Origin: Blasia pusilla
Taxonomy: Eukaryota
DNA: 64,000 nucleotides
Direction: 5' to 3'
Assembly: GCA_050084515.1 (NCBI GenBank)
Contig: CM114271.1
Coordinates: 34,410,001-34,474,000 of the forward strand
Each line of letters starts with the position of its first letter. Positions within the stretch are counted from its first letter, which is position 1. The translations under genes were made by a program, and so were the position numbers. The notes under the pieces are model-generated. The model worked only from the letters and a program-made list of their open reading frames with translations, ran no database searches and had not been told where the DNA came from. Shown piece by piece: positions 13,828 to 25,710 of the stretch.

Positions 13828-14677
13828 CTAGTAACTAGTGAATAGCTTGTGTCATGCACAAGAGTGAAGGGACTAACCATGATGCACACAAATTCAAATT
13901 TCTTTCGTTATTACATGTAATAAAAAAAAGACTTGCTGGTTGCCTAAGTGCCAGATATTAAGTATAGAGATGTTTGCAAATCAAGAAGGCACTCTCCAAT
14001 AATAATATAGACTAGTTAACATGCCCGTACTATGCACAAAAAAATATATTATTGGAAAAAAAAAAAATTTAAAGAAATTAAAGAGCGGACATTCTTTTTT
14101 AACCCACTTCTCACATACATAAAATCACCACTAAACCACTCCCCCCATAAATATAATTCCCATCAATCAAACTAAACCCCACTACTTCCTACAATAATTA
14201 CTATCCAAGTTTTAACCCATTCTTCACATACATAAAATCACCCCTAAACCACTCCTCCATAAATATAACCCCCACCAATCAAATTAAATCCCATTGATTC
14301 TTACAATAAATGCTCCTAAGTTTTAACCCATTCCTCACGTACAAAAAATCACCACTAAACCACTCTCCCGTAAATATAACCAATCAAATTAAATCCCTCT
14401 ACTTCTTATAATAATTACTACTAAATTTTAATCCGTTCCTCACATACATAAAACCACTAAACCACTCTCCTATAAATGTAACTCCCACCAATCAAATTAA
14501 ACCCCATTACTTCCTACAAAAATTATTATCCAAAATTTTCATTAATTCTCGAATCCATAGCAAGTTACAAAATGAATACATGAAAGAAGAAATAGTAACA
14601 TGTTACTATCTTGTCCTATTATGGTTGCTATCTTGTCTTGTTCTGCTTGTGGGGTTGTGCATTATAGTATGGATAGA
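13828..14677 (-). mobile_element. Cluster of small non-autonomous Helitrons
   Basis: Minus-strand 5' ends TCTCTATACTT (13970), TCTATATTATT (14011) and TCTATCCATACTAT (14677). 3' CTAG ends at 13828, 13835 and 14012; the last two are preceded by GTGCA..(C/T)AC hairpins. Confidence 0.65.
14095..14540. repeat. Tandem repeat, about 110-bp unit x4, inside the mini-Helitron
   Basis: Unit aaccca.ttctcacatacataaaatcaccactaaaccactc...aatcaaattaaa recurs near 14101, 14214, 14325 and 14431. Confidence 0.9.
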
Positions 14678-16479
14678 TAATTATTCAATACTTACAACCA
14701 CGCAAGAATAAAAGTGTCAAAAATTTGTTACATAACACAAGGTCAAGCAACAAAAATTGATCAAAGACAAAAAAAAAAGAAAAATTTCCCCCAAAGTGCA
14801 GAAATTTTAACACAATACACATTTACACTTATCCAAAGAAACGGAAAATGAGAAGTAATTGGAAACATGTGGATTTACATCCAATAAATTTTCCTTAAAT
14901 GAAACATAATTGTACCTTTAAGTATGCTTAGACAAAATGTACTTAAATTAAAATTTTATAATCATTATTATGCTTTTTTTTAATTTCTTATTGAAAATTA
15001 TCTAAAAGATTGCTAAAAGTACCAATCTATGATGAACAAGGTGGGAGCCTCGATCCAACGCCAAACCATAGAGAAGTCGATTGATAGACTATCAACATTA
15101 TTTTTATTATTATCCATTAAAATTAATGATCCAAATAAAGTCATTATCTGAATAATAGAGAAATCCACAGGAGGATGGGGGTTAATTATGATGATCCTCG
15201 ATCATCATAATTAACTTGTCTGACAAAAAAGGGAAAAAAAACTGACCAAAAAAGGGCAGATACTATGAAGTTTTTGGCTTTACGTTTTCCGGGCTGCGGC
15301 CTACGGCCTTCCCTGGGCTTCAGTAATAATCCTAAGTATGACGTACTCGAGTGGAAGCCCCCTACTACGGTTTGTCTGTTAGCACTAGGCCGTATCCTTT
15401 TGATACTGTGAGTCCTAGCCCCGATACAAAAGCCCAGGTCTATGGGCAATTTTTGAGAATCGGTGGGTGGTTGCCTGCAGCCTATGTACTTACTAAATGG
15501 TTTCCGTTTGCCAAGTTTTTTACTTTGACGCAGTCTATCAGGCCATCTTCAAAAGACCGTGTAATAGGCGCTCGGGGGGTGTGCCCTTCCGGGGTTGAAG
15601 AAGCTCCGAAGAAAGTCAGGTTAGAGAGCCGTGTGATGGGCAACGTACGGTTCGTAGAGCTATATCCCAGATCAGTGAACGGGTTAGGGCGAACTCTTGA
15701 CTCTATCCCGCAAATTCCATGCCAACGTTTATTTATAAAAAGGAAATATTCAAGTTTAGATTTCGTTGACAAATAGGTTTTTGCGAGTTACATAATTGTC
15801 AAACGCGCGGGCTGGCGTTTCTTGGAATCCCATGGTATAAAACGCGGGAGCATGTTCTTATAACGCTATCCCAAAAAGCCTCATCCATTATATTGAACCA
15901 GTTGGAGCGGCTAGTTAGGATAACTTGGTAATCCCACAACTGATTTTATTATCTTTCTACAAAAAAAATTTGTTTTTGCTGGCAGCAAGCGTCCAAAAAG
16001 ACCAAAGGAAGAGAGCCTAAACATTTTTTTTTTCCGTAGGCGCTGGATAGAGCCTTTTGTTGTGAGTTTCCAAGGTTAGTGCTTCTAGAGTAAATTGGCG
16101 TAGTCGCACATGCAGCGTGGCAGGCATGCCCATGTGGTTGCTTACTTTGATGCCTTTCCTCGGGCAGCGGATTGGCGTGACTGGCGATGCATATTTATGC
16201 ATAAACGTAGACGTTGGAAACAACGAAAATAAATTCAAGTCATGGATTAATCTGCAGAGGTAGAGCGCTTGTAGAAAGAAGGGTCGAGTTTCCGAAGGAC
16301 CGCTTTTCTTCGCGCAACGATTCGCGTTCTCAGCATCATGCCATTTTTTTTTCACCGGTAGTCTTAGGTTCCAAAGGATACTTATTTGGCTTTACCAAAG
16401 AAGGCCTGGTTTTTATTTTCGTGCCTCCCCATTCATATGGGCTTTCGCTATCCAGGACTGCGTCTCTCAGCGCTTGAAC

Positions 16480-16730
16480 TTCAGTGATAATATAGTGCAT
16501 CATGGGCGCAAAGCGCACCAACAACCGGAGGTCAAGTCGCGGGCAAATGAGTTTCAAAAAACCGGGACTTTTAGGCCCAAGCAATACAGCAATTCTGCGC
16601 GTTCAAATTGTTCCTTTATTTCGGTGCGCCTCGCAAACCTTCCCAAGTTCGTAGAAATAATGTCTAGGCGTTCCTTAGCCCGTAGCCGCTCCAACTCAAA
16701 ATCACCTGCATCCATATACCAAAAGGCTGA
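16480..16730 (-). pseudogene. LAGLIDADG_2-type homing endonuclease remnant (mitochondrial intron ORF)
   Basis: Minus-strand SAFWYMDAGDF resembles the LAYWFMDDG motif. It is followed by IISTNLG...LLYCLGLK and, after a frameshift, LLVRFAPMMHYI. Confidence 0.5.
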
Positions 16731-16745
16731 TTGAGGTTGAAAAAC

Positions 16746-16805
16746 GTGTGGTCTGTTTTAGTAACAGCTTTCCTACTTTTATTATCCCTTCCAGTACTGG
16801 CAGGT
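16746..16805 (+). pseudogene. cox1: cox1 exon fragment (NUMT)
   Basis: Translates to VWSVLVTAFLLLLSLPVLAG and ends in T just before a group I intron. Confidence 0.93.
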
Positions 16806-16930
16806 GTATTTGCGCCTGATGAGGTAGCGATGCCTTGGTCGAATTTGACTATATGCTGGAAACTCCGAAAGGACAATCAGCAGGGAACGAACCATGACGG
16901 TTCCCCCTCAGAGACTATACGCCAAACATC
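16806..16930 (+). ncRNA. 5' part of a mitochondrial group I intron (cox1i624 position)
   Basis: Core elements P (ATATGCTGGAAA, 16851), Q (AATCAGCAGG, 16875) and R (TCAGAGACTATAC, 16908) directly follow cox1 ...LAG. Confidence 0.85.
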
Positions 16931-17510
16931 TCTGGCCAAAACCCCTTTCTTCGTGTGTGGAAATCGTAAAACCGGCCAGAGGACTCGGAAAGCCAAAGAA
17001 GCACGTAGTGCTTGTAAAGGCAAAGAAGTATCCTTCGGACCCTTCGGGCCCCCCTCAATAGATGAACAGTTCAAACCCGGGACCAAAATAACAAAGCCAC
17101 TATGCGCGTTACGAGGTTGGTAGGGCGGTTGACTCTTCTGTGCGTCGCATAAACCTACCGAGGAGTAAGATTTAGGTGCTTTAGCCAAAACTAATGTTTT
17201 GATAAGATCAGCTTGTCTAGGACTAGATCGAGTTGAATTTTTTTTTAAATCAAAATAATTACCTTCCCGCCTGGGGCCTTCGGCCTCGGTCTAGGGCACC
17301 CGCAAGAAACCCGGAAAATAAACTATGTGCGCTTCGCAGATGATTTTCTTATTGGAGTGATTGGTCCAAGAGCTCTGGACTAATACGCAGCTTGGTTACA
17401 CAATTTTTTGAAGTGCGGCTTAAGCTTAGGGTTTGAACACTATCGTCCTAATAACGATAGTGTTCAAACTTTTTTTTGTAATGAATCATCGTAGATAATT
17501 CATTATTTTT

Positions 17511-17569
17511 GGGGAAATAGCTAAGTGGTTTATAGCACTGGTCTGTCAAGCCAGAAGTCTATTTTTATA
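17511..17569 (+). pseudogene. trnD: Mitochondrial trnD(GUC) 5' fragment
   Basis: GGGGAAATAGCTAAGTGG...CTGGTCTGTCAAGCCAGAAGTC has an anticodon arm with GTC. The T arm is missing. Confidence 0.65.
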
Positions 17570-17645
17570 GTGAGTTAATTTTGTGTCAAGCTGGACCGGG
17601 CCTTGCGGGCCTTGTTGTTATTTTTTCATTGAGCTACATCCCCTA

Positions 17646-17694
17646 CGGAGGAAATGGGATTTGAACCCAATTTAACCGAAAGAGACTTCGATTT
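17646..17694 (-). pseudogene. trnS: Mitochondrial trnS-like 3' fragment
   Basis: Minus strand AAATCGA...TGGGTTCAAATCCCATTTCCTCCG matches the recalled 3' end of plant mitochondrial trnS(GCU). The 5' half is absent. Confidence 0.6.
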
Positions 17695-18107
17695 GTCAGA
17701 TCTGGTTCTCATCTCGTACAATAGCAAGCTTACTTAGTATCTAAGGGTTCAACCTTCTCTTCTATCCCCCTCAACTACGCTTTTAGAGCATGTTGTGGTT
17801 CCTACCCGTTTACACGGGGTTTAGGTAAGCTCTATGCCCGGCACGTAGAATAGAGTCTCGCGTGGTTTGCTATATGGTGAGCACAGAATAGCAATTCTTC
17901 TCCATACTAAAACTGACAAATGGCCTTGTGATATGTACACCAAATTTATGGAAAAAAAGATGTTGAGCTTTTTGCCAGGCCTTTAGTTATGAATCCATCC
18001 CAGGTAAGCCAGGAAATTGATGCTACAACGCCCTTGGATGGTCTCTCTCATAGAGATTTGAATCATAAGATTGAAAGTTCATAGTTGTAAGTGGAGATCG
18101 GAGGTGA

Positions 18108-18179
18108 GAGCAGTTTGAGGTGAAAGCCTCTCATGACGGTTCGGAGGGGTTGTGTTGAAAGACCCGACCGACCCCCTAC
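18108..18179 (+). ncRNA. Group II intron domains V-VI (3' end of the intron at the cox3i171 position)
   Basis: GAGCAGTTTGAGGTGAAAGCCTCTCATGACGGTTC (domain V-like), then a domain VI ending ...CCCCTAC at the cox3 exon. Confidence 0.8.
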
Positions 18180-18623
18180 TTTGTATGGTGGCGCGATGTT
18201 ATACGTGAATCCACCTCACGAAGGACATCATACATTTGTGGTCCAATTAGGACTTCGCTATGGTATGATTCTTTTCATCGTTTCAAGTCATGTTTTTTTA
18301 GCTTTCCTTTGGGCTTTTTCATTCTTCTTTGGCACCTACGGTTGAGATCGAGCTATCCGGCCCCCAAAAGGTATTTCTGTTTTAGATCCTTGGGGAATTC
18401 CTTTTCTAAATACCCTTATTCTACTTTCATCCGGAGTGCCGTAATTTGGGCTCATCATGCTATACTCATGAGTTTAAAACAACAAGCGCTTTACGCTTTA
18501 ATAGCTACCGTTTTCCTCGCTTTAGTCTTTACTGGTTTCAAGGAATTGAATATATAGAGGCCCCTTCACTATTTCCGATGGAATTTATGGTTCTCGTTTT
18601 TTTAGCTCTGTGGTTTCATGGTT
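18180..18623 (+). pseudogene. cox3: cox3 middle exon (NUMT, multiple frameshifts)
   Basis: Across frames: [33 protein letters not shown]...[25 protein letters not shown]...WAHHAIL...GFHG. It is followed by the group II intron start GTGCG at 18624. Confidence 0.95.
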
Positions 18624-19454
18624 GTGCGACTTGAAGGACATAAGACAATGCGTATAGCTCACTGGACTATATTGCCATCCCCGCTGAAGGGATGCTCCTA
18701 CCTCACCTTGCGCTCCTGGAAATGGAGAGGGCTTGAAGTGTGAGGGACAAAGTAAGAAGTTTATGATACAGCATACAACCCGCTAGGAGTGCCAAGGCTC
18801 TTGATCAACACAAGTGAACTGTGCAAGGACGTTTCGTAAAACCGCACCTATGACGAGTTTTCATTGAGTAGGGCCAGATGTGATTTGGGACACGATGAAT
18901 CGGTGCGTGCCCCGATCGGCAAATGATCACCGGAGTATAGCACAGGAACTAAAACCTTGCATTAGAGTCAAAATGTCAACAAGGAAAACCCACTGGGCTC
19001 CCCGGCGTCGGGAAGTTTGGTCCTGAGATCGGATACCATCCAGAGGGCAGAAGACGATTCAAAAAGCCAAACAAAATCGGCCAAATCTATTTTTTTTAAC
19101 CTCCCCCGGCCCCTCCTTTCTCAACCATTTAGGCTCCCGACGGGTTGGCCCCGGAGGGCCCCTACCCTATCGGGCGCCACACTCTCCCCCGAATGAGCCC
19201 TAGAGGGCTAGTTCTACAGGTCAGGAACAATCTACATTTTGTCTTTGGTGCTGACTTGAATCTTGGGTGACGAAACACTAAAAAAGCCACTCACCACGCG
19301 AAATTCAGGTGAATAACTCAAAGCAGTGCGCGCGTAAATATTGGCCAATGGCACGGCTTGGAGCCTTTGCGTTTTATTGGCCTTAAGGCGCTGGGGACCC
19401 TGTCTCAATTTATCATCTAAGATGATAAATTGGTCACAATCTTAAGGTTCAGAG

Positions 19455-19633
19455 AAAGCATGCAAACTCTCATGTTTGAAATAATCCAAACACATAACCA
19501 TAGTACTAGCCGTACTTAATAATAGAAAGATTTGGCAAAAATATGTAAAATTGTCTATTATTAAATTATTATATACTAAATTGGCAACAGTTAGAGGTGA
19601 GCCAACGGCGACCAATAGGATGGTTATTAGAAC
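19455..19633 (-). pseudogene. nad2: nad2 fragment (NUMT)
   Basis: Translates to LITILLVAVGSPLTVANLVYNNLIIDNFTYFCQIFLLLSTASTMVMCLDYFKHESLHAF. Confidence 0.88.
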
Positions 19634-19969
19634 CCCCACACACACACATCAATAATAGATTGGCGAGTGTCATGAGAGCGCTCCAACGCGTTGACGTCCT
19701 TCAGGAGTCTTTTCAATTTCAAAGGGCAGAAAAATCCTTTCCCTTGGCCTCTATCTAATATTCCAGACGCGGGGGGTCTCCTACATAGTAGGAGTAGGAA
19801 GCAATACCACCCCCGCTTTCCTATTACGACGCTTTAGATGCTACGGTTCAGTAATTAGCCTTCGTAGGTAGAATAACCACCTTGTAGTATTCACCCAGAC
19901 AATCATTTTCCTAAAAGGACATTCATTCATGTATTTTTTTTGGATCGACTTAGCCAATCAAGACATTCA

Positions 19970-20245
<276 letters not shown>

Positions 20246-20291
20246 ACAAGTCAGCATTGGGTGTCGGCATATCTTGCCTATTTAACCCGTG

Positions 20292-20360
20292 ACAGGTAAC
20301 CCCCAAGACAAGATCATTCAGCAAGCGTTCTTAAACGTTTTGCAACCCATCTTCGAAGGC
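20292..20360 (+). pseudogene. Group II intron RT/maturase fragment
   Basis: GNPQDKIIQQAFLNVLQPIFEG resembles RT domain 2 (DKIVQQA...LEPIFE). Confidence 0.7.
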
Positions 20361-20527
20361 GGCTCCGTCTGGCAAGAAAGGGAGCAATCGACCTACGAAG
20401 ACCACTCCCGCCTGATACAGGCATGATTCCCCTGTGTCCCTCGGACCCGGACTACGCGCATGGCCTCATATAAGAAAAGAATTCTCTCCCAGAACGACTG
20501 AGAGTAAATTGAATTTGTTTTTTATTA

Positions 20528-20629
<102 letters not shown>

Positions 20630-21329
20630 TCAATTTTTTTTCAGTTTGTTTCCCTTTTTTTTCTGACAGCCCTGGGGTCTTGTCGGACAGTATTTTGGTT
20701 TTGTGGTGTCAAAGACAAAGTCTGGGGCCCTATCTGACAAAAAAAGTTCTTGTACCGGTCACGGTAGATTAAACTTAAACAAAGGTCCTACGGGGTATCT
20801 TTGGTTAAAACACTTGCAGATGGTTCTTAATTCTTTTAAAAAACAAAAAATACAAAAATGTATTTGATAATTATTAAACAAGAGTATGTTGGAATCAAAT
20901 CAATAAAATTATTATTTTCAATTTTAACATTATGTCATGCATATGAAAATTATTAAAGAGACAGAAAAAAGTAATAATAAAATGCAAAAAATATTACAAA
21001 ATATAGGTCAAGAAAATTAATTTAAAAAGACATAAAAATATGTTTCCTTGGTATGAAAAATTGTAAAACAATACCCATTAGTGATCATCTGAATTGATGG
21101 GAAAGTGACAAGTGATTGGAAAAATGGGTATTTACATTGAATTTCTAGCATCCTATAAGGTTTCTAAATTAATTTTCTTTTTGCTTCGTGTCTTCTATAT
21201 TTTTGCAAGTTTATATTTGAAAATTATTTGAGTGTTTTATTCTTCTAAAGTACCGACATCTAAGTTCTAAGGGTTTTTTAATTAATTTTATTATATTTAA
21301 TCCTTCTATACTACAATGTGAAAATAATA

Positions 21330-23745
21330 TAGGCCTAGAAATGAAATTTCAATTAGCATAGAAATTTTCCATGGAATTTTGCAAGATGGTTAAAACCTCA
21401 TTTACCAAGAAGAACACAAAGTTACAGTTCAAGATCACATATCTAGAACAAGATCCTTACATCATCTTATTGTGTAGGTCACAAATGACCTTAGCTTTTT
21501 ATTTTGGGGTTCTAGGTGGAACTTCCGTTTGCTATGAAATTTTGCGAGGTATTTGAAAACAATAATTTGAAAATTACACAAAGTTTCAAGTAAAGATCAT
21601 TTACTTAGAAAAAATGGAAAATATAGAAGTTGATAGTCATTATTACATCTTATCGCATAGGTCTAAAATCACCATTTCATTTGTTGAGTGCGGATGGAAC
21701 TTCCATTTCCCATGAAAAAATTTCAAGGTCTTTGGAAGCACTTTGTTGGATAACTAGATAAAGTTTCAAGTCAAAATCATATACCTGGAAAAAATGGAAA
21801 ATAGACAAGTGATCTTTCCTTAATGCATCCAATTGTGTAGGTTTGAAATGACCTTTTCATTTTTAGGCTTTGAATGGAAATTCCATTTTCCAAAACAAAT
21901 TTTGAGATGCTTGACAAACCGACTTTGTAAACACTTTGTTGGATAACTAGAAATATTTTCATGTCAAAATCATATTCGTGGAAAAAATGGAAAGTTGTTG
22001 AGTCAATTTGTACATTAAATCGTGTAGGTCTTTTTGATGTTTCATTTTTAGGAATTTTGATGGAAAATCCATTTTCCATAAAATTTTGCGAGGTGTTTGG
22101 CAACACTTTTATCTACATGTTCACTAAGTTTCAGGTCAAGACCATATACCATATCTTAAAATCATGGAAAATAAAAAGTCATTTCAACTTAGTAAATCTT
22201 ATCACTTAAGTCTCAAATGACCTTTTATTTGGGCTTTGGATGTAACTTCCATTTTCCATGCAATCTTTTAAGGTGTTAGGCAATTCATTTATCTACAAGT
22301 ATTCTAAGTTTCAGATGAAGACCATATAGAACCTTAAAATCATGGAAAATACACAAGTCACTTAATCTTAATAAATCTTATCACGTAAACCTTTGATTGG
22401 CGATGAAAATTTTCTTGGTGTTAAAAAAATGTATTTTGAACTACTAGAGAAAGTTTTGTATCAAAATAATATACTTCGGAGAAAATGGAAAATTGAGAAG
22501 TCATTTTTCCTTAGTAAATCTTTTAAGTAGGTCTCAAATGACCTTTTCATTTTTGGACTTGGGGTGGAACTCCCATTTGCTAAGGAAATTTTTATATGTT
22601 TAAAAAAGAATAATTTGGACAACTACATAAAGTATTAGGTCAAAATCATATACCTAGAAAAAATGGAAAATAGACAAGTCATTTTTCCTTAGCTCATCTT
22701 GTTCCATAGATCTAAAATGACTTTTTCATTTTTGGGCTTTGAGAGGAACTTCCATTTGACATAAAAATTCTGATAATGTAAAAAAACATGCTTTTGAACA
22801 ACTAGAGAAAGTTTTAGGTCAAAGTCATAATAAGTGGGAAAAATGGAAAATATATAAATCATTTTATATATTTGTATACCTTATCATGTAGGTAGGGAAT
22901 GACCTTTTCATTTATGGGGCTTATGGTGGACCTTCCATTTTCCTTGAAAATTTGCAAAATGTTTAAAAGCACTCTTTTGAACAACTAGAAAAAGTTTCAC
23001 GTCAAAATCATATACCTAGGAAAATTGGAAAATAAGGAAGTTATTTTACCTTAGTACATCTTATTGCTTAAGTTTGGAACAACCTTGTAATTTTTGGTCT
23101 TTGGGTGGAATTCCATTTGCCATGAAATTTTGCAAGGTTTTTGGAAACACTCTTCAAAAACACTACACAAAGTTTGAGGTCAAGACCAAATATCTTAAAA
23201 TCATGGAAAATACAAAAGTGAGTTAACCCTAGTAAATGTTATTGCATAAGTCTCGATTGACCTTTTTAGGCTTTGAGTGGAACTTACATTTGCCATGAAG
23301 TTTTTGAAGATGTTTAGAAACAGTCTTTTGAACAACTAGAGAAAGGTTCAGGTCAAAACCATATACCTGGAAAAAATGGGAAATAGAAAATTCACTTTTC
23401 CTGTTACATCTTAGCGCTTAGGTCTGGAATGTCCTTTTCATTTTTGGGCCTAGGGTGGAACCTCTATTTTCCATGAAATTTTATAAGGTGTTTAAAAACA
23501 CTCTTCTAAACAACTATACAAAGTTTCGGGTTAAAATCATATACTTGGAAAAAATGGAAAAACTCATTCCATGCAGAAGAGATAAGATGTATTAAGGAAA
23601 ACTGACTTGTCTATTTTCCATTTTTTTTCAATTATATGATTTTCACTTAAAAAAATCTCTAGTCGTTCATAAGTGTGTTTAAAAACACCTTGCAAAGTTT
23701 TGGCAAATGGAAGTCCCACCCAAAGTCCACGAATGGAAACGTTCT
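21330..23745. repeat. About 180-bp diverged tandem repeat array (about 13 units) ending in an inverted unit
   Basis: Anchor (aaa/c)atggaaaa recurs near 21611, 21791, 21985, 22163, 22341, 22483, 22661, 22841, 23023, 23202, 23373 and 23551. A reverse-complement unit lies at about 23590-23745. Confidence 0.92.
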
Positions 23746-24569
23746 TTAGGACCAAGCCTTGGGTCCTACATTAGGTCAGATTACATTTCCATGCCACTTA
23801 AGCCAGCGGTTAGGCAAGATCTACCGGTTTCATAACCAAAATCGGGTTTAGGGAATGTCTTTGAAAAATTGATGCATGTTATAGCATGTATCCGATTCAA
23901 GGATCGTCCTTGGAGTTTCCGTGCCATGATTTTTGTGACATGGACAGACCAGAGACTAGTTTTTGATCCATGAAATTTCAATCGTCGATCCCCAAGATCT
24001 GGGACCCCACGACCCGAAACTTGCGCCATGAGGACCTACCCTAAGACGGTCTAATGGCCTAATTGGCCTAACTAAACATGACCCATGAACTCATGTTAGT
24101 TTAGGGGCAATTGATAATGGTTTTGATGAGTTTACCTAGGCATGGAGTTTTCATTTTCCCACCTCTAAAGTCTCTATCTTTGTCCTTCCAATGGTTCCCC
24201 ATTTCCTTTTAGCCATGCCTTCCTAACCTTAAGAGCACATCCCCATGGAGCAATTCCATTTTTGTGGGATCCCTTTGACATTAAATTGACGGTTATCATT
24301 TCACGGACCATAGGTGGGTCGTTGGTCCTTATGCGCCCTAAAATTTACGGCGCATAAACGTCTAAGACGATCCTTGGGAAGTTATAGGACTCTAGCCGAT
24401 TGTTTTTTAAACTCCTTCATAGTCAAGCGTCTGAAACCGTTTGTGACCCTACTGGTAGGACCATCAGCCTAGGCCAAGAGGGATCTGCTAAGGTTGACCT
24501 CCAACTTTAAGGATCCGGTCCCATGCGGCCGAAGTCGTTAGGACCCGGCCCCATGGGCAAGATGTCTAT

Positions 24570-25710
24570 TTGGATGTTTATTATCTTGATGGATCATATC
24601 GCCCATGTAGAGGAGGGGGACTTGTTATTTCAACAACAACTGAGATCTGCACGAGCTCTTCTTCCTCTTGCTACACAAGCAATTCTACCCCCTTTCAGTC
24701 AACTGATTACGGAAGGGCTTGATCGACTTCAAGAGCATATCTCCGAGAATCTGCATCAAATCAACTTTTCTAGCATTCTCTCCGAGGCATCCTCTGACGC
24801 TAATCGAGCTCGTCTACGTCCATGTGCACATACCGGAGCGGGGGCGTGGATTACTGCAAATCCTCTTATTCTTCCATTTCGTCTTCCTCGAAGTATATTC
24901 TCGACAGCTTTGCGGTTACGTCTTGGACTTCCCCATCCTTCTCTCTAAGGTGTGCCCAATTTTGTATGCGGGGATCCCATTGATGCCAAGGGTATCCATA
25001 TTCTCCGATGTGCACATGGTGAAGAACGAACGGCCACACATGATGTCATTAGAGAGGCGGTAGCATCGGTGGCTCGTACTGTAGGATACACCGTTGGGTA
25101 AGAGCAACTCCACGTCCTACCTTCAACCACACAAGCAACCTCTCGTCGGAGAGTGGATCTTGTTATGTCTCGAGGTGGATTCCGGACACTTGGTGATGTG
25201 GTGGTTGCTGATCCAACATGTTCTGACTTGGTGTGTCGAGCCGTACATACCAAAGGTTTGGCGGCACAAGCTGCAACAAGAATCAAAGAGTTAAGTTATG
25301 TTGTGAGACATGCGACTCATGGATTTATTCCTTTTGAGTGGAATTATTCAATCATTTACATATGTCTTTTGATACTTTCTTGAAAACATGTGCTCACCAC
25401 TCCCTCGAGAATCATCACCTTGCCCCTTCCCGTAGTCCTCTCTCGGTAGTTACTACTTATTTTTGGCAATGCATCTCAGTGGCCTTACAACGTGCACAAG
25501 CCTTGGCATTGATACGTCGTGCGGAGGTGGTGGGGGGTCGCTCGCCTCGTTGTCCATTCACATCTGACCAACCACTAGTGTTCTTGTCAGATTTATTTCA
25601 GGCTATCAATCGCGTAGCTCGTTGAGCCGGTGTTTGCGTCGGCTTGTTTCCTCTTTTGAACTGTTATTACCTTTCTTTGTCCTCTTTTGAAGTTTATTCT
25701 ATAATAAAGT
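24570..25710 (+). mobile_element. 5'-truncated non-LTR retrotransposon with restriction-like endonuclease (CRE-clade-like), degenerate
   Basis: ARLR...GAGAWITANP...FSTALRLRLGLP; Zn-knuckle region CGDPIDAKGIHILRCAHGEERTATHD; RLE region RRVDLV...LGDVVVADP...KELSY; FIPF.VE; ISVALQRAQA. There is a stop at 24946 and a frameshift near 25335. Confidence 0.82.

Noticed and set aside
17431..19432. Perfect hairpins at 17431-17469 and 19406-19432 as terminators or miRNAs
   Set aside because: They lie inside the NUMT, and short palindromes are common in organellar spacers and introns.
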